From Ptychomitrium polyphyllum (lineage: Eukaryota), in NCBI GenBank assembly GCA_973851085.1, contig OZ316775.1, positions 12,276,001 to 12,340,000 on the forward strand: DNA of 64,000 nucleotides, given 5' to 3'. Under the pieces are notes generated by a model that was given only the letters and a program-made list of their open reading frames with translations, searched no databases and was not told the origin of the DNA. This document shows, one piece after another, positions 54,073-64,000 of this stretch; the stretch's first letter is position 1; each line of letters starts with the position of its first letter. A program made the position numbers and the translations under genes.

Positions 54073-57000
54073 TGTCACAGACATACATATTATGCGCATC
54101 TAGAAAGGTTCTTAGAAATTAAAAGAAGCCTCTAAGGAGGTCACCTTAGTATATGAAGCTTCTAAGGAACTCACCTTGACTTAGAAGCGTCCAAAGAAGA
54201 TACTAGCGGTTCCTTGAGTTTGAAGCAATGTATTAAAAGCTTCTTAAGAAGCTTCCAAGGCTTATAGCCTTAATATATATAAGAGTCGAGGTTGAAAATA
54301 CCTTTGCAATTGACAATGCATATTTTGTGGTCTAGCTCAGATCTTCCGGCCCTATTCTTATATTTTATTATAGCTCTTTATTTCTAATATACATTGTGTT
54401 AGGAACACAAGAAACAAGAAGCGGAATCAAAGCGTTTCTATAGAATTAGCTTCCAAAGAACTAATGATTTACAAGAACTTGATACAAAGACCAGAATAAG
54501 GCAAGATTCAAGATGATCCACAACTTGTGTTGGCAAGATTAAGGAATATCTTGTCTTGCCTATTATTTATACTATGATGCTTGTATCTTGTAGGATGCTT
54601 TTAAAGAAGCTTCCTACAAAGCTTAAAGATGTTTTAGACTATGGAACCGTTCTAAGAAGTTTCTTAAGATGTTGGAACCTTCTTAAGAAGCTTTCAAGGA
54701 AATGGATCCTTCTTTGGAAATTTCCTAAGGTGGAGGAACCTTTATAGGAAGTTTCTTAAAGAGTTAAAATCTTCCTAGGAAGTTTTATAGAGTGATGTAA
54801 CCTTACTAAGAAGTTTCTTGAGGTAGTGGAACTTTCCTCCAAAATTTCTTAAATATGTGGAAACGGTTATGGAAACATTTGAAAGTATTCTAAGAAGCTA
54901 CTATTATATACTAGAAGGTTTTAAAAGGTTCTAAAAACTATATTGCATGATCTATGTCCGTAATACATTGGACATATTTTGTTTCATATGATGAAATCCT
55001 GAAGCCTTATTTTGTTGTTACTTTATTTGTAACTCTCACAGTCTAAAGTATGTAGATTTTCATCTTGAAATTATAAAAGATCATTAGAGATTGTGAATTA
55101 CCCTCTTTCAAATGAATTCTATATTTTTTCTTTCTATTTCTGCTTCATTCACAAAGTCTATTGGTCTGAACATAGTTAATATGCTAGAAACATTGGAAAT
55201 AGGTTTGCAACTATTTTAGATCTTTGATGGTTATTAAACACATTTTTCATGGAGCTTTTTATCTTTAATACCACCAATAATTTAAACCAATACACTTGTC
55301 AGGCTGAAGAATCCATCGGTGATATTTAGAGTCTATATGAAGAAGTTGTTTGATTGCAAGAAGCCAATACTGGAACAAAATTCTTATGTCAAAACCATGT
55401 GGAGCCAAAGATTAATATGCCAGACAAGTTTGATGGATCAAAACCAAAGTTGGAAGGCTTTGTTCAACAAGTATGGCTCTTTCTCAATTTGCATCAATCT
55501 TGCTATTTTGACGATACCACTCAAGTGGAGTTTGTAGCCACTTTTCTATCAAACAATACACTATCATGGATTGCACCATTAATAGAAAAGCAGTCACCAT
55601 TATAAAACAACTTAGATGCTTTCATGGAAGTGTTGACATCTACTTTTGGAGACACCGACCGAGAGAGGGTGGCTAAAATAAGAATCCAAATTTTACAACA
55701 TAGACAACGCCCGACTGCTATATATGCTACAGAGTTTCAACAACTAGCTTGCGACCTTAACTGGCATGATAAGGCCTTGGTTGCGCAATTCCGATGTGGC
55801 TTGAGAAAAAATGTGAAGGATTTGCTACTTACAATGCCAAAGATTGATACGTTGGACAAATTCATTGTTGAAGTAATATCATGTGACAATAGACCATTTG
55901 AAAGGCGCCAAGAACAACGCTTGGGATGGAAACTACTACATTAAAATATGGCAATCATTTCTTCAAAAATATTGGAAAGTCGACCACAAGGACCAAAATC
56001 CATGCAAATTGATGCCATTTAATTTATACATTTGACTCCATGGTGAAAAGAAAGATGTCAACAAAGAAACCTATGTTTGTATTGTAGTAAGTCTAGGCGT
56101 AAAGTGCACAATTGTGAAATCAAAGGATCTGCCTTCAAGGCTCGGAGCACAATGGTGGAGTTGAAAAACAAGGATGTCTAATCACAATAGGCACCATGTG
56201 TTTAGACACCACAAAGAAATCAACCATAAAATTAAAGTCTCTTACTACCTTCAACTTGTACCTCTTGCTTTATTTCTTCTATCAAAATCAAATTATCAAA
56301 TGATTAAATATCTAGTGAAGCTCTTTTAGACACTAATGCAACGACATGCTTTATGGATAAGGATTTTGCAACCAAATACCAGATGGTATTGGTGAACAAA
56401 AAACATCTTGTACTTGTTGAAGTTATCAATAGACAATCTCTTGATTCAAGTAATATTATTGAAGAAATTCAGCTTTTAGAGGTTGTTTTAGGAAACCAAG
56501 CATCTAAGATTGTCTTTGACATCATTTGATGCCAAACAAATCCTATTGTCTTGGGTATTCTTTGGTTTAAATTATATAATCTAGACAATGATTGTAGTTC
56601 ACGGAGTATAGTCTCAAGGAAAAGACGTCAAGGTATAAGAAATCTTTGATATCATTTATTGGAGCTAAGGCGTTTATGAGAGCGGCAAAAGATAAACCAG
56701 TCTATGCCATTTATGCCACACCAATGGTTGGCTCTATAGAAGAAACTAATCAAATCATACTCCACCAATACCAAGATTATAAGGACATCTTTGAAAAGAA
56801 GAATGCAGACATATTACCAAAGCACCGGCCGCATGATTGCGCCATCAATTTGCAAAAAGGAGCCCAACCACCTTTCGGACGTATCTCTAATTTATCACAA
56901 ACCGAGTTGAATGCTTTGAGAAAATATATTGATGAAAACCTTAGAAAAGGCTTTACGCAATATTTCAAATCACCTGCTAGAGCATCCATCCTATTTGTAA

Positions 57001-57185
57001 AGAAGGATGGATCATTACGTATATGCAAGGACAATTGAAGCCTCAATAAAATGACCAAGAAGAATTGCTATTTGTTACCATTAATTTTAGGACTTTTACA
57101 ATACCTTGGCCAAGTAAGGATATCACCAAGATCGACTTTAGAAGAGCGTACAACCTCGTACATATTATTGAATGCTATGAATGAA
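54073..57185 (+). mobile_element. Gypsy chromovirus-type element 2 (LTR, gag, protease, start of RT), 3'-truncated
   Basis: gag EPKINMPDKFDGS...YATEFQQLACDLNW...VKDLLL. Protease ALLDT.AT.CFMD. RT PKHRPHDCAINL...VKKDGSLR.C. Breaks off into AT-rich DNA after KIDFRRAYNLV. Confidence 0.88.
54397..54965 (-). mobile_element. Solo LTR (family B) inserted inside the LTR at 54073-55040
   Basis: Homologous to 52584-53228. Perfect 5-bp TSD cattg (54392-54396 and 54966-54970). Removal restores collinearity with the LTR at 47930-48348. Confidence 0.92.
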
Positions 57186-59229
57186 ATGAGAATATTACTA
57201 GCTTTTTATTTATTTATATTTAAATATTTAAAAAAAAATTAATCCATGAAGGTTCTAATCTACTTCCAAATCTAAAGATTTATAACAATGTATTATAAAC
57301 AACAACTTAAAGGGATATTTTGTTGTTGATTTGTCAATGCTAGTTGTAAGTGTAAGGTTTTAGATCGTTTTTCATGTAATTGTTTAAACTAAATTTTATT
57401 CATTTGTAAAAAAATCTTAATATAGAAATATGTAATATTATTTTGTAAATTAATTTATAAACCAAATTTTGAACAAATGTTTTGGTAATAGGTTTGAAAT
57501 TTAAAGTTCTTTAAAGGAATTTTAGGATATGCTTGTAGAAATATACATGTAATACCTTATTCAAGTTAGATAGAAAATCTTACTTGAATTATTTTAATAA
57601 CTAGTGAAATTTATAAATATGTATTATCATTTTTATTACATTATTATTTAAAAATTTGATAAAAGTAAATTTGATAATGTGTTATTACACAAGTTGAATA
57701 ATGTGGTGCATGCATATTTGTTCAATTTGTCCCCTGATTTTTTTGAAAATTTTAATTTGAATGTTTAAATAGAAAAACCCATTTTTAACTGCAACTTTTT
57801 CAGCTAAGAAATAACTTAATATACTTTTGGTAGACAAGTTGCTAAAACTAGCCAAACCATATCATATTCAATTTGTCATGGTTGCATGCTTGCCTTAATC
57901 CTCCAGCATCCAAATCTTGAAAATTGAAAAAACGTCAATCTGCTCAACTGTTCTCCCAGGGACACTCAAACCTTAAAAGGATTAAACAACCAAAAAACTT
58001 TAGTACAAAGTAAACCCTTTCATAACAAATGGCAGTGCTGGAGGGGCAGGATATGGTACATTATACATTACAGCCTTGCAGTTTGTAGTGTAGTGAGTGA
58101 TGAATTGGTGGCCATATTAACCAGAGCCCAGCCTCTTTGAAGTCCAACCACTATCACTCAGAACAATGTTGGAGGCAGTATCCTAATTTTGATAATTTTG
58201 ATAACATTGTTTTAGAATCCTACATTTTTTGACTTGATAATAACAGTCTGACTAAGTTGCTAACAGTAAGTCCAATTCTCAGAGCAATTGTTCTACATTC
58301 TCAAATCCATAAACACCAATACTTATGCTCTGTTCAAAAACTCAATACTATATATTCATATTGATTCACAGGTGGTGCCAACAGAGGAGTGGACCCCTAT
58401 GAGCCCTATTGAATGCTGCATGATAATGGCCCCTAGTCAATAACAACATGCACCAATCTTTTGTTCAGTTGGACCAAAAATAAAAATAAAGCACCACCAT
58501 GACATCACCTTGACATCAAACGATTGGACACCCAGCCTCGCCAGCTGAGGAAAACCCTATGAATAGAACCCACACCTCAAAGATTCTCAGACATACTAGA
58601 CTTATGTCCCGTGGGGTAACTCCATGACAACTGTCATCATGTTGCAACACCTTTTATTGAATCCATCAGCAAAAATGATCACATAATTGAACAATGATTC
58701 ACCTATAGTAGATGAACAACAAACACTCCACCATAACTTATAATAAAGTTACCACACCAGGCAGCATCATAGCCACCAACTTTAGTATGAACAAGTTGAT
58801 ATATGTCAGAGAATCAGCTACACAATGAGACACAACCATAACCCAATCCAGCGCAGCTCAAACAGCAAACTGAATGCTGCTTGCACAGATATTTCACGGA
58901 GCCAGCATATGGAGGACATTGGCCAGGTGTAAATCAGGGAAATTCATATACTATTTCCGACAATAGCCGCTGAATAATATGTGGAGCAGCTAGGTGTGAA
59001 ACAAGGAAATTTGATACAAAATTATTCAAATACAGCAGAAGTGTACCGAAGCACAGGCTACAGTAGCCCTTTAATATTATAGCGATATACCCGCCTCACC
59101 TGCTCCTTTCCAGGCTGCATCCACCAGCGCCTGCCCCTTTCCCGCAACCAGCCCCGCACTTAACAACCGTCTCCCTCCCTCTCGGCAACACCCAGCCCAG
59201 ATATCACCCATATACAGGGCTTTACCCCT

Positions 59230-59310
59230 GTTATCGCCGTCGCTAGTTGTGACCGGGAACGGACCACGCCCGTCGCCATCGTCTCTCTCGTTCGCTTGTC
59301 GCGGCACCAG
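59230..59310 (+). promoter_or_regulatory. Candidate non-coding first exon of the gene at 60250
   Basis: GC- and CpG-rich island ending in the strong donor caccag/gtaact at 59310/59311. Further possible UTR splice sites at about 59806, 60148 and 60219. Confidence 0.5.
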
Positions 59311-60249
59311 GTAACTAGTCGTGCTAGACAATAGCTCGCGCTCGTGCTCACGCTCGGACTCGGGCTCGCGCGCAGGGGAACCTCTAGTTCTGTACTAGTC
59401 ACCTTTGCATGATTGTTGCCCTTCTTAGTGTGGCTCAGGCGCATTGCTGCATGTGTGGGCCTGTTGGTCAGTACTTGGGTTTAAGGATTCCAGGGTTAGG
59501 TTACCGTTAACCAATTCAAAACTGCGAGTTTTTTATCACTGGAGGGCAAGTTTGCATGTTGGTTGTTATTGGAGGTTCAATGTTTCAACTGGCAGTAGTA
59601 CTATTCTGTTCAAGTGAGTGTGCAGTGGAGGTTAGAGAGAGTGCATGCTGGGGAGATTGATGAATGTGGAGCTGGTTTGGATTAGGTGGAGAGTGGTAGT
59701 GGTAGAGAGGGACTTGCCGATTGGTTCTGTTTGTGCAGGCAAGAGAAGTGAAGTGAAGTGTAGTTTTGGGAGTACTAAATCCCGGATCTTCTGTTCGCGG
59801 CTTCAGGGTCGAAGCGTTGCTGTGAGCTTAGTAAGGGGGTGTATCGAGGCGGTGTCTAAATTATTTTGGACTCTTGAGTTTAGAGCCTGGAAACAGTGTT
59901 GGATATTGAAGTTGATACTCGATTTTGGAACTATTTTTGTGTTTCTGATGGAGGTGTAGGATGGAGGACCGATTTCTATTCGGTGAAGATTTTCCATGGT
60001 GAACTTTTGCAGTTTGAAGCTGGCACTGACTTATGGCAGCAGAGTCGAGGTTCTGTTTCTTTCTCTGCCTTGGCTCTCGTTTATGGGTATAAGATTGAGA
60101 CCCTATAGTTACATGCGAGGAGAACTCAGCTACTTGTGAGCTAGAAGGTATTCACGGTTCTTCCAGAGAATCACTCGTCTTTTCTGTGTCAATTAACAGT
60201 CATTTAATCCTGTTGCAAGTCACACGCTGTTTTTCAACGGCGGGCAGTC

Positions 60250-62254
60250 ATGGGAAGCTCCGGAAATCTTAGCAAGTTAGTGATCCCGAAACAGCATTGG
60301 CAAGAATGCAAGGACAAGAATGGATACATGAATATCTGTTTCAAGGACATGGGACCAGATTCGCGAGGCACCCTCAGGTCGAAAGTGCAGTGGTGGGTGG
60401 CGTTTTCTGTTTGCGCCGGCCTTGTCATCGTTCCGCTATTCATGTTCATATGCGCCATTGATAGCATGGAGGTAACCACGAAGCGGCAACCTTGGATTTC
60501 GTTGGATGGCCCTCCTCTAGAATTCATAGGGTAAGCCTCCTCATCAGAATAATATTTTCTAGGTCTTTTTGATTGTGGCTCTTTTTACATAATTCCAGGA
60601 AGCTCATCAGTTTGACTTTAACTGTGCAGCGTGCATTCAAGGTGGAGTTTGTTGCGAGGCGGTACAGCAATGGCAAGCGACGAGCAGAGCAGGAGAATGA
60701 TCAAGCCGAAAGCTGCACTGCAAGGAATGGGTACGCTGCTGCGGACAGGAACACGGGTGATGCAAGAGCTGATTGTTGCACATCTGACGGAAGGCACCAC
60801 TAGTGAGGAACTCCGGCTCTTCTTGCGATCACTGCACCGAAGCGGATCAACTGCAAAGGCAGATGTCGTGCTCTTGTTTCCTTCCAGCCCCATGTCGGCC
60901 TCCATGGCAGAGGTCATTCACGAAGAAGAGAAGAGCTTTCAAAAGTTGCTAGAGAGTTTCGAGCCTGAAGCAGAACCAGCTATGGTGGTTGCGGGCTCCA
61001 CTCCCACGGGTCCGAACTTAATTCAAACTTTTGGTCTCCTTTTGTTGAGGCATAGCGTGTGAGGTTATTGCAGAGTATGTGCATCCATTGAATGGTCCTA
61101 AGCTATTACTATGGATGAACCTGAACGCAGACGTCAACCCTTCAATGGTGCCATTTAATTCCATGGCATTCAAGAGACCTGCTGAGGATGAGCAAGAGAT
61201 TCTGCAGGAAATCATATGGGGCAGACGCCATGGCGTATTGCCAGAGGCTGAGGTCGTGAAAGAGACTAGCCATAGCTGGGCCTCGTGGGGCAGCGTAGTG
61301 TCGTTTGACATCCAGGAGCTCGATCCCCAGGACGCCTTGCAAGGATTCTTCGACACACCGCCCGTGCAGCTTCGTCGCTGGGTGTGCTACGACATGTTGC
61401 TGGGGATGATCAAGTCCCGCTACAAGAATGTGCTTGTATCTCAAGTGAAAGGGGTGTATGTCCTCGGTGACGCTCTGTCCGTCACTCGGAAGAAGCAGAT
61501 GCTGTACATTACTGCCGAGGATATGGTGTGGAGCGACGCGAAGCGGGAGCCTGTGGCTGCGAGATTGGCAGACGAGGTCGTAGTGGAGAGTAATGAGGAA
61601 TCTCTTAAGTCTACCGTTCTGGACCTTCCTGCAGTCAGACACGAATCTACTAGAAGGACCTTAAGGGAGAGCAGCAAGCTCAAAACCCCTGAGGATGGGG
61701 AGACCGGTAACAACGAACTGAAAGGGAGTAGCAATGAGGGGAACCGGCTTGAAGGTCCCAAGGTCATGAAGACGGTGACGAAGGAGGCTCGGACTTGGCG
61801 CCAAGCCCAAGGATTGATACAAAGTGTCTACGGTCCCCAGCTGTGGAATACTCTAGAGGATCCTGACAAACAGCATGTGGTTGTCAGTCCAGCCGTGATC
61901 ATGGGCGGGGTGCAGTATGTTCGGGGCTTAGCTAACAAGATGACTTCGGAGATTGTGAGGGTGGCCATGGAGCGCAAGAGCCGGCGGACGTTTCATGACA
62001 AGGCCGTGCTGAACATGTGGATTCATAAAAAAGCTGCACTGGGCAAGCGGATTGCGGAACATCTGAAAGTGGTAAAGAACCAGGACTCCGTCGTGCACTC
62101 AGCGCAGGGCTCCCACCAAACATCCTCGTTGTGGAGGAAAGGGGAAGAAAATAGCAGGTATCTTGTGGTTCATCAGGAGCACGGGCGGGCCAGTGCTGAA
62201 CTTCGAGAGGAACTGTGCGGATTGGATTCCAGTTTCTATCAACGGTGCTTGTAA
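60250..62254 (+). CDS. Uncharacterised plant type II membrane protein with GT-A-like motifs. Exons 60250-60530, 60630-61009, 61131-62254; about 594 aa.
   Basis: Three ORFs join in frame through GT-AG introns (1785 nt). An alternative in-frame acceptor lies at 61073. N-terminal TM segment WWVAFSVCAGLVIVPLFMFICAI. Blocks LQGMGTLLR.GTR.M.ELIVAH, LRLFLRSLHRSG, ELDP...GF.D..P..LRRW.CY.MLLG are ones I recall from a conserved land-plant family of unknown function (not database-checked). Confidence 0.9.
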
Positions 62255-62643
62255 TATTTACTCATTGTCACACTGAAAACATGCACAAGTTTATAAGAAT
62301 ATGGTGTTGTGGTGCATATGTACTGCAAGTGGTAATAATCATGAAGAGTATTAAACTGATCATACCAAATAGGTTGGATCGCGGTTCTATAAGCCATCCT
62401 CTCAAGGTTTGAAGCAATGGAGTAGGAGCTGTACTCATTAGCGTCACTGCTTGAAAGAGATCGGATCAGAGAGCGACCATCTAAGAACCTGTGTACCATT
62501 CTCATGGGGTTGACTAACACTCGGAGCTCTGGACTAGATTTCCAAGCAAAGGAGGAATCGGTATCAGCTCCGCTCAATTGACATGTTTACAAGTTACCCC
62601 ATTTACTAAGTGTTTATTTACTACTTTAGATGTAGGTTTACCA

Positions 62644-62729
62644 TTTGGTTCTCAGACCTTTCTTCTCTGATGAGATGTTCAATTCTTTTGGTTCTCAGAC
62701 CTTTCTTCTCTGATGAGATGTTCAATTCT
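62644..62729. repeat. Perfect 43-bp tandem duplication followed by a (tta)n tract
   Basis: tttggttctcagacctttcttctctgatgagatgttcaattct twice. Confidence 0.95.
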
Positions 62730-63025
62730 TTTATTATTATTATTATTATTATTTTCTACAAATGCTTTTTTGCCTGTGGCAAGAGCAGAGTTTTAACAGT
62801 TTGCTATTTTCTTGTGTCTATTTGGTGAATAATATTGTTTTAAGTTGTGCACACATGCATTGCAATCACTTGACCCAAAAACTTGCTATTGTCACGACGT
62901 CACGATTTGCGCTCGATTTCAGGTTTCAAGAAAACAGTAGACTGGATAGTTTATCGTGTTAGACTTGTGTTCACATAAAGAGCGAATTAGAGAATCTAGT
63001 GTTGTTACGTACTGCCATTCTCCCC

Positions 63026-64000
63026 CATCTCAGGCTCCTAGCGCCGGAGCTGTTTTCAAGTTGGGAAGCATAATGGATAGCACATGCTGAATAGCCAGGC
63101 AGGCTGTCACTGGAAATTTACGCTACAACCACTGCAAGAAATTGAAAGACTGTACTGAGTACTGTATATAAAAAAAAAATCATGAAAACAAGTTCTCGAA
63201 GTAAATGCACACCATCCTAATGAAATTTTCACTGGACTTGATGCCTGCCAAAATGTAAGTTTGTCCCTACCACTATACTCACTCATGGACACAAGATGGC
63301 ATACGTGATGTCCAAATATCCAGGTTTATCAATTACAAAATAACCGCGCCTTGTAAACAATTCAAATGTTCCTAAGCACTCATTAATGAAAAATTAACTA
63401 AAGGAAAGTGGAAAGATCTGTTTTCTCTCCTCCTAATTTATTTCTAGTCATGAAATAAATCCAGAATAACTTCTGAATGTACTATCCCCATATCCTACGC
63501 ATTGGCCCCTCATGAACCTCTACACAAAAAGAATTCACTTTCTCAACAACTTATTAAATCGGGTCTGCCAAGTGGAGAACATGAATCGATCCCCAACCTA
63601 ACAGATGAACACTGAATTTTGACAGCGCACTGATTACTATTAATTCTAATGTAGAAAACAGACCTATGGCTAAGCTTTCTTGACGAAGATGACCATAAAT
63701 TGAATCTACCGTGCACTGATCTTCAATCTCTTAAACAGCCATTTCTGTAGACATCCACAATACAGCACTTCTCCTTCCCAAGGGATCTACAGAAAGAACA
63801 AAACCGTCGTACAAAACCGTTAATTCTTGCAAGGTATAGAAACAACTGCATTACACAACTGAAGCTCACAATGTCAAGTACTCGCACACATTTCTTTAAG
63901 CCTAGGAAGTTACGAATAGAATCGCTCTTCTTGCATTAAAGTGGTGTGTTGCTGTAGCAGGCTTACTCTTGTTCTAGCAGCGAATGCATCCTCGAGTTGA
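63026..64000 (-). other. 3' part of a minus-strand small-exon gene running off the window, product unidentified
   Basis: Series of AG...GT-bounded segments, e.g. donor gtaagc at about 63966 and peptides such as IPWEGEVL...KWLFKRLKISAR, LGIDSCSPLGRPDLI and RGYFVIDKPGYLDI. Frames are not uniquely resolved and some exons may be 3' UTR. Confidence 0.4.

Larger units (their letters stand above)
47930..55040 (+). mobile_element. Decayed near-full-length Ty3/Gypsy chromovirus (Tcn1-like), element 1
   Basis: LTR about 47930-48348. gag with MQID and LYCG..H at about 48.55-49.44 kb, then protease. RT with KKKDG.L.ICVDY, VMPFGL.NAP and YLDDIL at 50.1-50.7 kb. RNase H YGIYDKEFLA. Integrase GHFG..KT and SMDFI. 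Chromodomain YLVHWRKY...EPAKN at about 53.33-53.49 kb. PPT agaagaagagatga precedes LTR 54073-55040. Many stops and frameshifts. Confidence 0.9.

Noticed and set aside
60234..62123. Antisense ORFs over the 60-62 kb gene
   Set aside because: These are shadows of the real coding frame.

Overview
Eukaryotic plant DNA, most consistent with a moss genome such as Physcomitrium. This is an inference from the VNS-type NAC gene, the chromovirus-type Gypsy elements and the AT-rich decayed TE blocks. Two intact three-exon + strand genes are well supported: a VND/NST/SMB (VNS)-type NAC transcription factor (40297-42061) and a type II membrane protein of an uncharacterised plant family with GT-A-like motifs (60250-62254). 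The left 38 kb appears to hold one or two minus-strand genes made of small exons, missed by the ORF track and spread between multi-kb AT-rich TE relics. Only parts of their exon chains can be reconstructed and I cannot name the family. Downstream of the NAC gene is a probable NB-ARC/LRR relic (about 43.0-44.9 kb). A retrotransposon stack follows (46.4-57.2 kb): a Copia RNase H plus LTR fragment, a decayed near-full-length chromoviral Gypsy element, a second truncated Gypsy element, and two solo LTRs with 5-bp TSDs. The window ends in what is probably the 3' part of another minus-strand gene. I found no rRNA, tRNA or CRISPR array, and no clearly demonstrable new biological system. The best leads are the unnamed multi-exon gene, the GT-like protein and the NLR relic.
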